Made by a program: the position numbers and the translations under genes. Shown in pieces: positions 29,458 to 38,733 of a stretch of DNA of 64,000 nucleotides (position 1 is its first letter; every line of letters starts with the position of its first letter). Source of the stretch: Gammaproteobacteria bacterium (GTDB taxonomy: Bacteria > Pseudomonadota > Gammaproteobacteria > Pseudomonadales > Pseudohongiellaceae); assembly GCA_030831165.1 (NCBI GenBank), contig JAURLP010000036.1, forward strand, positions 7,622 to 71,621. Direction: 5' to 3'. The notes under the pieces are model-generated. The model ran no database searches. It had not been told where the DNA came from and saw only the letters and a list, made by a program, of their open reading frames with translations.

Positions 29458-30107
29458 TAGATCATTAACTCATCAAAGTCATGTATGGCTAGAAAATCTC
29501 CGTGAGGGATAGCAGGTCTGGATAAATCGGGTTGTAAAATTTGTAGCAGATGGCCTACGCCTTCAGACCTGGCTCGTGCAAGCACGGGTTTACTGTCGTC
29601 AATAAATAAACAACGGGATAATTCAAGGTTTTCTCGGTGCTTAAGAAGATGCCAAAAACCCTCATTTTCCTTTGCGAGAGAAAACTCATGAGAACTAATT
29701 ATTTTATCCAGATGTTGATGAAGTTTCATCGTAGCCACTTTTAGCTCCATCGTTTTGGGGTGAGCATTAGTAACCAAAAAGCATGGTTTATTAAGTTGCT
29801 TGAGAAACTTCAGGAATTTAAGAGTATGAGGGCGAAATTTTATCTGCTCTTTAACATTATGCTTTGCAGCTTCAATATCTATTTGCAGAACCTCAGACCA
29901 ATGATCAACACAGTACCATTCAAGGGTGCCAATAAGAGAGCTCGAAAGATCTTCAAGTACACCTCTTGCTGTGTTTAAGGGAATATTTTGTTGGCGAGAA
30001 TACTCTTTAGGCAAATGCTCCCGCCAAAAAAAGTTATCAAAAGATAAATCCAGCAAGGTGCCATCCATATCCAATAACACAGTATCGATTTGGGACCAGT
30101 TGATCAT
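29457..30107 (-). CDS. HAD-superfamily hydrolase, YrfG (GMP/IMP nucleotidase)-like
   Basis: DTVLLDMDGTLLDLSFDNFFW (DxDGT motif I). Lies upstream of hslR. Confidence 0.72.
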   Translation of the reverse strand: MINWSQIDTVLLDMDGTLLDLSFDNFFWREHLPKEYSRQQNIPLNTARGVLEDLSSSLIGTLEWYCVDHWSEVLQIDIEAAKHNVKEQIKFRPHTLKFLKFLKQLNKPCFLVTNAHPKTMELKVATMKLHQHLDKIISSHEFSLAKENEGFWHLLKHRENLELSRCLFIDDSKPVLARARSEGVGHLLQILQPDLSRPAIPHGDFLAIHDFDELMI

Positions 30108-30186
30108 ATTAGTCAGGCTTAATCATTAAGAAATGGTTATAATACGCTTTTGCTTTTTATTATATAGAGACGGCTTTAGAGTTAAA

Positions 30187-31032
30187 ATGATGCCCAGTGA
30201 TTTAATGTCTTCAGTAAAAGAGATAAGCCGGGCTGCCGGCGCTGCAATCCTGGAAGTCTATAATAGGGAAGGCTCTATTGAAGTAAGAACTAAGGATGAT
30301 CATTCTCCTTTAACTGAGGCAGACCTTGCTGCTCATCAAATCATTGTTTCAGAGTTAACCAAGTTTACACCTGATTTGCCAATATTATCAGAAGAATCGG
30401 CCAATGTTAGTTGGGAAAAACGTCACTCATGGTCTAAATACTGGCTTGTCGATCCGCTTGATGGCACCAAGGAATTTGTAAAGCGCAATGGTGAATTTAC
30501 AGTCAATATAGCGCTAATTGAAAATCATGTGCCGGTGCTTGGCGTTGTTTTTGTGCCAGTGAAGAATATTTTATATTCAGGAGGACAAGGCATCGGAGCG
30601 TTTATAGAGCGTGAAGGGCTAGAAAAAAAGATAGCTGTTGCTTCCATGTCGAGTGATTTAAAAAATGATGCTAAAAAAGATAAAGCAAAAGATACGATAA
30701 AAATTGTTGCCAGCAGAAGTCATCGTGGCCCTGAACTGGATGCTTGGATAAATAAAGTGGAAAAGGCCTTTAAAAAAGTTGAGCTTTTAAGCATGGGAAG
30801 TTCATTGAAAATTTGTCTAGTTGCAGAAGGCAAAGCTGATATTTATCCTCGATTGGCTCTGACATCCGAATGGGATACCGCTGCTGCACAAGCGATCTTG
30901 GAAGCAGCGGGAGGAATATTAACTGACACCGCTTTCAAGAGTTACCGATATAATCATAAAGAAAATATTCTTAATCCTTTTTTCTTTGCCATCGGAGATG
31001 GTGATTTTTATTGGCAACAATTTAGCGATTAA
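30187..31032 (+). CDS. cysQ: 3'(2'),5'-bisphosphate nucleotidase
   Basis: YWLVDPLDGTKEFVKRNGEFTVNIALIE and WDTAAAQAILEAAGG match CysQ. ORF trimmed to the ATG at 30187. Confidence 0.87.
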   Translation: MMPSDLMSSVKEISRAAGAAILEVYNREGSIEVRTKDDHSPLTEADLAAHQIIVSELTKFTPDLPILSEESANVSWEKRHSWSKYWLVDPLDGTKEFVKRNGEFTVNIALIENHVPVLGVVFVPVKNILYSGGQGIGAFIEREGLEKKIAVASMSSDLKNDAKKDKAKDTIKIVASRSHRGPELDAWINKVEKAFKKVELLSMGSSLKICLVAEGKADIYPRLALTSEWDTAAAQAILEAAGGILTDTAFKSYRYNHKENILNPFFFAIGDGDFYWQQFSD

Positions 31033-31102
31033 GTGATTTCACCTCATTGCAGCCTGAGCTTTACCTTTACCGCCTTGATATAAAAAAGTAACATTGCGCC
31101 CC

Positions 31103-31780
31103 ATGACTAATAAACACGTAACGCAAACAACCAGTGCACGGATCCCTACTAAATACGGCGATTTTCAGCTGTGCGCCTATACCAACTCAGAAGATGATAA
31201 AGATCATCTAGCCTTGATTGCCGGCGACATAGAAAATGCAGAAAATGTGTTAACACGCGTACATTCTGAATGCTTTACCGGGGACGTATTAGGGTCACTT
31301 AGGTGCGATTGTGGTGACCAGCTGGATTTTGCCATGCAAAAAATTGCTAAGGAAGGCTGCGGCGTGATTGTGTATATGCGCCAGGAAGGCAGAGGCATTG
31401 GCCTTTCAAAAAAAATCCAGGCTTATAATTTGCAGGATCAGGGTCATGATACCGTTGATGCAAACTTATTACTTGGCCGTCAAGCGGATGAAAGGGAGTA
31501 CTCACTGGCAGCATTGATACTGAAGGACTTGAAGGTTAAATCGATTCGATTATTAACAAATAACCCAACTAAAATTGAAGCGCTAGAGGCTGAGGGTATA
31601 GTTGTAACAGAAAGACTGGGAGTAGAGGGCACTGTGCACCCTGAAAATGCACAATATCTGATGACCAAAGTAAAGCGGATGAATCATATATTAACCATAG
31701 GGAATCCTCCTGATGCACATGATAACCCTCTCGATGCTCATATAGAAAAAGATCAACATGAGCCTCAACCAACAGATTGA
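31103..31780 (+). CDS. GTP cyclohydrolase II (stand-alone, with an acidic/His-rich C-terminal tail)
   Basis: RVHSECFTGDVLGSLRCDCGDQL, RQEGRGIGL and LLTNNP align along the full length of E. coli RibA. There is no RibB domain. The extra ~30-aa tail reads PPDAHDNPLDAHIEKDQHEPQPTD. An alternative TTG start lies at 31094. Confidence 0.85.
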   Translation: MTNKHVTQTTSARIPTKYGDFQLCAYTNSEDDKDHLALIAGDIENAENVLTRVHSECFTGDVLGSLRCDCGDQLDFAMQKIAKEGCGVIVYMRQEGRGIGLSKKIQAYNLQDQGHDTVDANLLLGRQADEREYSLAALILKDLKVKSIRLLTNNPTKIEALEAEGIVVTERLGVEGTVHPENAQYLMTKVKRMNHILTIGNPPDAHDNPLDAHIEKDQHEPQPTD

Positions 31781-32480
31781 ACGCTGGCTAGCCTCTCGCA
31801 AAAAATCTTTCCAGTCTACTAATAGGCCTTTTACTACATTAGCCTATGCTCAGGCATGGGATGGCAGTATTACAACATGCAGAGGTCAGGCTGTTGCTCT
31901 AAGTTGTAGTGAGTCTGGCCAGTTAACGCACCAGCTGCGAAGTTTGCATGATGGAATATTGGTCGGTATTGAAACAGTGTTGTCTGATGACCCTCAACTC
32001 ACCGTCCGAGAATGGACTGGCAAAAATCCACAACCCATCATACTGGACAGTCGTCTGCGTATGCCTCCTGATTCAAAATTACATGATCATCCAGATAAAA
32101 AGTGCTGGTTATTAACCCTGGAGCAGGGTGATGGTTCTGAAAGTCTTAAAAGTTTAAATCATGAGATCATTCGAATTCGCGGTCATGGCCATGATTTTGT
32201 TCCTTTGTTGCCCGCTTTAAGTTTGCTTAGAGAAAAAGGTATTGAAAGCTTGATGGTTGAGGGGGGCGCAAAAGTCATAACAGAATTTCTAAGGTTAGGT
32301 CTGGCAGATGCAATTGTGATGACAATGACACCCAAACTAATAGGGGGCTATAAAGCGGTGGGGGATATAGACATAGAAGACATATCTGTAGCGCCACTTA
32401 TTTCACCAATAAATTTTGAAAAGCTTGGAGATGATTTAATAGTTTGGGGTGACTTAAATTACAGTGAGTCAGTTAAATGA
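31758..32480 (+). CDS. RibD C-terminal-domain (DHFR-fold) pyrimidine reductase, no deaminase domain
   Basis: RPFTTLAYAQAWDGSI, LHDGILVGIETVLSDDPQLTVR, PQPIILDS and LMVEGGAKVITEFL. Overlaps the preceding gene by 23 nt. Confidence 0.75.
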   Translation: MSLNQQIERWLASRKKSFQSTNRPFTTLAYAQAWDGSITTCRGQAVALSCSESGQLTHQLRSLHDGILVGIETVLSDDPQLTVREWTGKNPQPIILDSRLRMPPDSKLHDHPDKKCWLLTLEQGDGSESLKSLNHEIIRIRGHGHDFVPLLPALSLLREKGIESLMVEGGAKVITEFLRLGLADAIVMTMTPKLIGGYKAVGDIDIEDISVAPLISPINFEKLGDDLIVWGDLNYSESVK

Positions 32481-33481
32481 AAGCTAGGCAGCTATGGTTT
32501 ACTGCGCCAGGGAAAATAGAAATTCGCCAACAGGAACTGGGTGCTTTGTCTCCGGATGAAGTGCTTGTTAGAACAAAAGTATCCGGCATTAGCGCCGGTA
32601 CTGAAATGTTGGTTTATCGAGGACAACTGCCTGAAAATATGGCATTGGATGTCTCCATTAATGCTTTCAAAGACCTGGATGCTTCATATCCATTGTCATA
32701 TGGTTATGCCTGTGTAGGTTATATCCAGAAAACGGGAAGTGCTTTGGATAAATGGTTTGAAGGAAAAAAAGTTTTTGCATTTCAACCACATGCTTCTCAC
32801 TTCGTCAGCAAACTGGACCAGCTAATATTTTTATCGGATGAAGTATCAGAAGAGGCAGGAACATTTTTAGCAAATATGGAAACAGCCGTAAATTTTTTGA
32901 TAGATGGTGCAGTTCAGCCAGATGAAAAGATAGCCATAATAGGCATGGGCGTTGTTGGGCAATTATTAAATACGGTCCTGAATCAGCTTCCAGTGAAGAA
33001 AATCACAGCGATTGACACAATAAAATCCCGTAGAGATCTGGCTGCAAATGAAATGCTTACTGTCAGTGCTGGGTCAGATGACAAGGAGCTGCTGGATTCA
33101 GGCAATGGTTTTGATCTTGTTTTTGAGATTAGTGGTAATCCAGAGGCTTTAAACCTTGCCATACAATTATGTAATTTTGCTGGCAGAATTATTGTGGGTA
33201 GTTGGTACGGTAACAAAGCTGCTCGAATAAATTTGGGTGGTGCTTTTCACCGCAACCGCCTCAAAATAATCAGCAGCCAGGTAAGTACAATCAGTCCAGA
33301 ACACACTTTGGAATGGACGAAAGAAAAGCGTTTACAAAAAGCGATGAATTTAATTGCTGAGCTAAAAGTACAAAAATATATTACTCATCGCTTCCCCTTG
33401 TCTCAGGCAGAAAAAGCCTATCAGCTACTTGATAAGGATGCGGAAAAGGCATTACAAGTTATATTTACTTATGAGGATTAA
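32477..33481 (+). CDS. Medium-chain dehydrogenase/reductase (MDR) family oxidoreductase
   Basis: GroES-like N-terminus (VLVRTKVSGISAGTEMLVYRG, resembling the BchC-like MDR subgroup) and a Rossmann GxGxxG (IIGMGVVGQ). ATGA overlap with the upstream gene. Confidence 0.7.
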   Translation: MKARQLWFTAPGKIEIRQQELGALSPDEVLVRTKVSGISAGTEMLVYRGQLPENMALDVSINAFKDLDASYPLSYGYACVGYIQKTGSALDKWFEGKKVFAFQPHASHFVSKLDQLIFLSDEVSEEAGTFLANMETAVNFLIDGAVQPDEKIAIIGMGVVGQLLNTVLNQLPVKKITAIDTIKSRRDLAANEMLTVSAGSDDKELLDSGNGFDLVFEISGNPEALNLAIQLCNFAGRIIVGSWYGNKAARINLGGAFHRNRLKIISSQVSTISPEHTLEWTKEKRLQKAMNLIAELKVQKYITHRFPLSQAEKAYQLLDKDAEKALQVIFTYED

Positions 33482-33484
33482 ATC

Positions 33485-33871
33485 ATGTACAGCATCTCCG
33501 TACAGAAAGATTTTATTGCACAACATTATCTAATAGGAGGTGATTGGGGGGACGAAAATCATCCTCACTCCCATCATTATATTATTGAACTTGTTATTGA
33601 GCATGAAGAGCTGGATCAGCATGGCTATTTGGTTGATATTGTTGATATAGAAGCAGGCCTGGAACAAAGCGTAAATTATTTTAAAGATAAGATGTTGAAT
33701 GATTTACCAGAGTTTGCAGGTATAAATCCAAGTCTAGAGCATTTTAGCCGAATTATTTGGAAGCAAATCATAAGTCATATTACCCCCCCGGGTAGTGGAA
33801 AGCTGGAAATCAAATTGTGGGAAAATGAAAGCTGCTGGGCCGCATATAAAAAAGAATATGTAAGTAAGTAA
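33485..33871 (+). CDS. 6-pyruvoyl-tetrahydropterin synthase / QueD-family protein
   Basis: 128 aa that aligns with E. coli QueD. The His triad is conserved (AQH .. HPHSHH) and LND and ENESC match QueD's LND and ETCT. The QueD catalytic Cys position appears to be non-Cys. Confidence 0.72.
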   Translation: MYSISVQKDFIAQHYLIGGDWGDENHPHSHHYIIELVIEHEELDQHGYLVDIVDIEAGLEQSVNYFKDKMLNDLPEFAGINPSLEHFSRIIWKQIISHITPPGSGKLEIKLWENESCWAAYKKEYVSK

Positions 33872-33881
33872 GACTTGCCTG

Positions 33882-35018
33882 ATGAGAATAGCCTTATTAA
33901 TTTACGGAGATATTAATACGACGAGTGGCGGCTATCTCTATGATCGTAAATTAGTTGAAATTTTACGTAGTCTTGGGGATAAAGTTGATATTATCAGTCT
34001 AAAAAAAGTTTCATACCTTAAAGCCTTGTTATCAAATTCAATTCCGGGTGAGCTAGAAAAGTATTATCAAACAGAGGGGGGAAATAAAAAGAGACAACTC
34101 AAATTAGATGTTCTTATTCAAGATGAGCTGGTTCATCCGTCATTCTGGAAAATTAATCATCAATTAAAAAGAAAGTTAAAGTGTCCGATTATTTCTCTTG
34201 TCCATCTCTTAAGCAGTGCCATACCTGGCGGCTACTATAAAAAAATACTGCATCAAACTTTTGAGAGGCCTTACTTGAAATCTGTTGATGCAATTGTTCT
34301 GAATAGCCAAGAGACACTTAAACAAGCCAGGTTATTATTACAGGATAAATTACCATCAAATCTTGTAGCAGTGCCCTGTGGTAATAATTTCAAAACCAGC
34401 AAGCAGCTTGTAAAGAATGAGGAGGCAAGTAAAAATACTTTAACCAAAAAATTAAACATACTGTTTGTTGGGAATGTCACTCAGCAAAAAGGCTTACATG
34501 TTCTTGTTAAAGCAATGAAACAGCTAGATGATACTATTTCGTTGTCAGTTGTTGGCCGCGAGGATCTGGACCCTCGCTATATAAAAAACATAAAAAACTA
34601 CATAAAAATTAATAAGCTAAATAAACAAATTACGTTCTATGGGCAATTGAAGGAAGAAGCGCTTCAGCAGAAATACCTTGAGCATGATCTGTTTGTTTTA
34701 CCGTCTACAAATGAAGCATACGGTATTGTTTTTGTTGAAGCGATGCAATTTTCATTGCCAGTCATTGGCTGTAGCTTAAGTGGCGCTAAAGAAATTATAG
34801 ATGAAGGCCAAAATGGTTTTTTGCTTGATCCTGAAGATGATATTAAATTGGTTGAGTTGATTAATAGACTAAACGACGATAGGCGCTTACTGGCAAGAAT
34901 GTCTGAATCAGCCAGACAAAAATATTTACTACATCCTACCTGGGAAGAAAGCATTAAAAAGATTAGAAAATTTTTACAAGAGCTTATCAAACAAGAGGGT
35001 TCAGCCTTTGGTCAATGA
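33882..35018 (+). CDS. Glycosyltransferase, GT4 (group 1) family
   Basis: GT-B C-terminal domain with PSTNEAYGIVFVEAMQFSLPVIGCSLSGAKEIIDEGQNGFL (EX7E region). Confidence 0.8.
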   Translation: MRIALLIYGDINTTSGGYLYDRKLVEILRSLGDKVDIISLKKVSYLKALLSNSIPGELEKYYQTEGGNKKRQLKLDVLIQDELVHPSFWKINHQLKRKLKCPIISLVHLLSSAIPGGYYKKILHQTFERPYLKSVDAIVLNSQETLKQARLLLQDKLPSNLVAVPCGNNFKTSKQLVKNEEASKNTLTKKLNILFVGNVTQQKGLHVLVKAMKQLDDTISLSVVGREDLDPRYIKNIKNYIKINKLNKQITFYGQLKEEALQQKYLEHDLFVLPSTNEAYGIVFVEAMQFSLPVIGCSLSGAKEIIDEGQNGFLLDPEDDIKLVELINRLNDDRRLLARMSESARQKYLLHPTWEESIKKIRKFLQELIKQEGSAFGQ

Positions 35019-35901
35019 AACGTTTGACTATGTAAAATATCTCGATGTAAAAAAGAATATTGATGATAGAAGTTTAAACATCACTGTCTGGGATCGTTTT
35101 ACGAATTGGATACTTTCACAAAACCAGCTGGATTCTTCGCTCAAGGTGCTCGAAATAGGCGCCGGCATAGGCACAATGATTGAAAGATTGTTGGATGCAT
35201 CATTATTGAAGTACTGCCATTACATTGCTCTTGAGCCGGAATCTTCATTTAAAAACGCAGCGAAGCTCCGTTTAATGACTTGGGCGGGAGCTCAGGGTGC
35301 TAGTTTTGAAATAAAACCGGAAGGGTCGTGGCTACTACACGGCATGGAACTGGATGTTACGATTGAATGGGTAAAGGCTGAAGCCGATAAAATTGATCAG
35401 TTATTTGCTAATGAAAATTTCGATTTAATCCTAAGCCACGCAGTAATAGATTTACTCCCTGTACCTGAAATAATGCCTAAAATTTTAAATAAGCTTAAAC
35501 AGGACAGCTGTTTTTATTTTAGCGTAAATTTTTCCGGGGAAACAAAATTCTTGCCCAGTGATGAAAGTGATGCCGATATTGCAAATAATTATCACAAAGA
35601 TATGGATGCCCGTTTCCCTGGGCTGGATTGGCAACCCAGCCGTACAGGTGAAGCGCTACCTATTTGGTTAGAGAATTATGGTTGCAAGAAAGTCATTAGA
35701 GGTAAATCAGATTGGAATCTTGGCTCTAAAAATCACGACGCTGAAGATGCCTTATTTATTGAGAATATCCTGGATACTATTCAAAAAGCTTTAAAAGATA
35801 TGCCAGGATTGAATGTTTGGCTGGCTAAACGTTACAGGCAGTTAGAACAAGAACAATTAGAAATTAAAATATCAAATTCAGACTGTTTTGGATTGAAGTA
35901 G
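35008..35901 (+). CDS. Class I SAM-dependent methyltransferase
   Basis: Motif I VLEIGAGIGTMIERL and post-I ALEPE. TTG start overlaps the GT gene by 11 nt. Confidence 0.68.
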   Translation: MVNETFDYVKYLDVKKNIDDRSLNITVWDRFTNWILSQNQLDSSLKVLEIGAGIGTMIERLLDASLLKYCHYIALEPESSFKNAAKLRLMTWAGAQGASFEIKPEGSWLLHGMELDVTIEWVKAEADKIDQLFANENFDLILSHAVIDLLPVPEIMPKILNKLKQDSCFYFSVNFSGETKFLPSDESDADIANNYHKDMDARFPGLDWQPSRTGEALPIWLENYGCKKVIRGKSDWNLGSKNHDAEDALFIENILDTIQKALKDMPGLNVWLAKRYRQLEQEQLEIKISNSDCFGLK

Positions 35902-36858
35902 GCGTAAACATATAAACCCGAGACCGAGTACTATTACATCGCGGAATCTGATCAGGGCTAATAGCGATGCAGCGGCAGTTTCAGGTAAGGCAATTGAGCT
36001 AAAAACCCAAAGCACAGCCGCCTCCAATGTCCCAATGCCACCTGGCAAGGGTAATAAAAATGCTAAACGCATCGCTACCAGCAATAAGATGAAATCACCA
36101 GTACCCAGAGATATGTCAAAAAAACTTAATACCAGATAAAGCTCAAAAAATGTTAGTAACCAGCCATTAATTGAAAGTAGCAAGGCAACAAGTAATATCA
36201 ATTTTTTCGATAATACGTTTTTTAAAGAAAAAGTGATGTTGTTCCAGTGAAGACTTATAGTCGATAAGCGTTTGCCGCCTAACCATTTCAAGCCAATTGT
36301 GTAGATTAACTTTGCAAGTGAATCATTGCGTTTAATTCCGCACCACGCTAAGAAAGACATTAAAAACATTGCTAAAGCAATAATTAGCGCCACAGAAATC
36401 CAGTCTGCAAGGCCTGAGCCAGAAAAAATTAGAAATAGTATGCCCAATAGAAGAACGGCAAAATTTACCCAAAGTTCACAAAATCGATCAAGGGCAATGG
36501 CTAAAAAAGAATCGCCTGGTGAAATATTAAATTTCTTCCATAAAAAATAAATTTGTAGAGGCTCGCCGCCGAACTGTGGACCAGGAGTGATAAAGCTGAC
36601 ACTCTGCCCGGCTTGGCGTAAAAAAAGCAGGTTAATAAAATTAAGGTTTAAATTCAGACCAAAAGTCAGCGACATCCATCGCCAAACAAAAATAAAAATT
36701 ATTAATAAGTTTAAGCCTGCCCAATAAATCCATTGCAGCATTGATAAGCTGCCTACAGAATCGAGAATTTCCTTAAAAGGCAAATCACGAAGTAGCCAAA
36801 TTGCCAAAGTTAAGGCGATTATCCAGGCTGCCAATCTGATGGTTTTATACTTACTCAC
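35878..36858 (-). CDS. Flippase-like membrane protein (LPG-synthase TM-region family)
   Basis: 326 aa with about 8 TM helices. The pattern ..FVWRWMSL..LRQAGQSVSFITPGPQFGGEPLQIYFLWKK.. is typical of this family. Its 3' end overlaps the convergent methyltransferase gene by 24 nt. Confidence 0.62.
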   Translation of the reverse strand: MSKYKTIRLAAWIIALTLAIWLLRDLPFKEILDSVGSLSMLQWIYWAGLNLLIIFIFVWRWMSLTFGLNLNLNFINLLFLRQAGQSVSFITPGPQFGGEPLQIYFLWKKFNISPGDSFLAIALDRFCELWVNFAVLLLGILFLIFSGSGLADWISVALIIALAMFLMSFLAWCGIKRNDSLAKLIYTIGLKWLGGKRLSTISLHWNNITFSLKNVLSKKLILLVALLLSINGWLLTFFELYLVLSFFDISLGTGDFILLLVAMRLAFLLPLPGGIGTLEAAVLWVFSSIALPETAAASLLALIRFRDVIVLGLGFICLRLLQSKTV

Positions 36859-36872
36859 TGGCTGCCAGCTTA

Positions 36873-38066
36873 TCAGCCATCGTTGCAGCGGCCATCGTAT
36901 CTATGCACCCAAAGATCATCCCACAGCCATATACTGAATTTCCCTGTGCCGAATTGCATCACCCAAATAACCAGGGTGAGCAAAATAGCATCAATGCTTT
37001 GCATCTGATATGAAAGAAAAAGCCAGCACAGCAGGCACGAAAGAATAATGGCAAAGAAGCGCCCAAGAATACCTAGCAAAACCATCAATGCTGAAAACAG
37101 CAAGCTTATTAACAAAATAGCTCTTGGCAGTGTGATTTCATTAATTAAGGAAGAAAGTGAGGAATGAGCATTCGTTTTTATCAGGAGAAGGAATAGAAAA
37201 CAAAAAATACATACTCTGAAAAAAGGCAATATAAACTGTTGAGTGGCTTTATCAGCCAGTTTAAAAAAGCTGCTTACTGGAGGTTTATTCAGATTAATGC
37301 GCCCGCTTACAATAAACCAGTCAATTAAAAATCCACCTAGTAAAGGCAGCATAAATGCAAATCCGGCGACAGTCGTCGCTGGTGGTGCCAGAATCGGCCA
37401 TAGCACGACGGCAAGAAAACCCATCTGAAATCCTGCAACAGCTCTGCGCGACATGTTAAGGGGCAACTGATAAATGGGTTTATGCTGTTTATTTCTCCAA
37501 TAAAGTCCCCCCTGGAATAAGTAGTAAGCAACACTAACTGATAGATAAGACCAATGAATCTGCCCTGTCCATACCGCTAAAAGGGGGGCTATCAGTAAGC
37601 CAAGCGCATCAAATTCAATATCGAGCTTGATACCCAGTAGGCTCTCATGTTTAGTGATGCGAGCTATGTAGCCATCAATACGGTCGATTATGGCGGCTAC
37701 CAGGTAGCTAAGCGCCGGAATTAAAAGAATTTTTTCACTCAGGTCCAAGAGAAAGGCAAAGCCGGCAGTAAAAGCGATTAAAAAGCCTCGAAATAGGGTG
37801 AGACGATTGGCCCAGCCTAAATCTGGATAGCTAGCCTGTTGTTGTGAATCGCGATTAAGATCAAGGTGCTTACTAAGAATTATATTCGTTGCCAGCAGCC
37901 ATAAAATTACTGCTTGCATAAACCATTGTAGTACCTGCCAAAAAGGCCATATCAAACAAAAAAGAATACTAAAAACAATAAGTAAGCTTAAGCCCAGAAA
38001 GCGAATAAAATTGGCCTCAGATTTTAGTGAGAGAGGCGTTTTTGATGTATTTTCAGAATGGAGCAT
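36873..38066 (-). CDS. CDP-alcohol phosphatidyltransferase-family membrane enzyme (extended, 397 aa)
   Basis: Perfect signature DGYIARITKHESLLGIKLDIEFD, matching D-G-x2-A-R-x8-G-x3-D-x3-D. There are extra TM helices on both the N- and C-terminal sides of the core. Confidence 0.85.
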   Translation of the reverse strand: MLHSENTSKTPLSLKSEANFIRFLGLSLLIVFSILFCLIWPFWQVLQWFMQAVILWLLATNIILSKHLDLNRDSQQQASYPDLGWANRLTLFRGFLIAFTAGFAFLLDLSEKILLIPALSYLVAAIIDRIDGYIARITKHESLLGIKLDIEFDALGLLIAPLLAVWTGQIHWSYLSVSVAYYLFQGGLYWRNKQHKPIYQLPLNMSRRAVAGFQMGFLAVVLWPILAPPATTVAGFAFMLPLLGGFLIDWFIVSGRINLNKPPVSSFFKLADKATQQFILPFFRVCIFCFLFLLLIKTNAHSSLSSLINEITLPRAILLISLLFSALMVLLGILGRFFAIILSCLLCWLFLSYQMQSIDAILLTLVIWVMQFGTGKFSIWLWDDLWVHRYDGRCNDG

Positions 38067-38338
38067 ACCGCAAACATACTAGAATCGGCTTTTGTTGTAA
38101 TTAACAATTTTAGAAGGTAAGGGGCCATCAGGATTCATATAAAATGTGGCCTTAAGCATGTTTTTAAGCATTTTGTGTCAGGCAGGGCATTTTTTATTAA
38201 AATGAGGACTAAAAGGCGTTTTTTTTATAATTTCTCTAGACATTTACAGGAAATCTTGTCACCATCGCTTCTCAAGAAAGACTTTGCAAAGTTTTTTAGT
38301 AACAGATTTATTCTTAGTTCATATTGAAGGAGAAATAC

Positions 38339-38632
38339 ATGAGAATTCTAAGTAAAAAATTAATGATTGCTTTAATGGCAATTTCTATGGCTACTTTCCC
38401 AGCTCTGAATGCTAACGCACAAGCTGGCGGAGCTGGCGCAATCGCTGGTGTTAGTGCTACTACTGCTGTAGTCGTGGGCTTAGTTGTTGTTGGTGCCGTT
38501 GCTGCCAGCAATAATGACAGCGGCAGACCAAACATTTTAGCTCCATTACCTCAAGCACCAGAAACGCCAACTACTACTACCACGACAAATAATGGCAGTG
38601 GCGGTTCTTCCACTACTACTACAACTAACTAA
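38339..38632 (+). CDS. Small secreted Ala/Gly/Val- and poly-Thr-rich protein, YjbE-like
   Basis: Signal peptide (MRILSKKLMIALMAISMATFPALNANA), then a GGAGAIAGVSATTAVVVGLVVVGAVAA core and a tail with TTTTTT and TTTTT runs. AGGAG lies 6 nt upstream of the ATG at 38339. Composition and size resemble E. coli YjbE (from memory). Confidence 0.55.
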   Translation: MRILSKKLMIALMAISMATFPALNANAQAGGAGAIAGVSATTAVVVGLVVVGAVAASNNDSGRPNILAPLPQAPETPTTTTTTNNGSGGSSTTTTTN

Positions 38633-38656
38633 GAGTAGTTTAGTATTACAAGTATC

Positions 38657-38684
38657 AAAAAGGCGGCTTTGCCGCCTTTTTTTT
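38657..38684 (+). terminator. Intrinsic terminator or attenuator between the yjbE-like and yjbH-like genes
   Basis: aaaaaGGCGGC-ttt-GCCGCCtttttttt: a perfect GC stem followed by a T8 run. Confidence 0.8.
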
Positions 38685-38733
38685 GTCTGGAAATAAACTT
38701 GTATCCTTGCAGTTTTCGGTTTCAAATCGCCAA

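Noticed and set aside
31033-31102. FMN riboswitch upstream of the GTP cyclohydrolase II gene
   Set aside because: The spacer is only about 70 nt and shows none of the conserved RFN-element helices. This also argues against a standard riboflavin operon.
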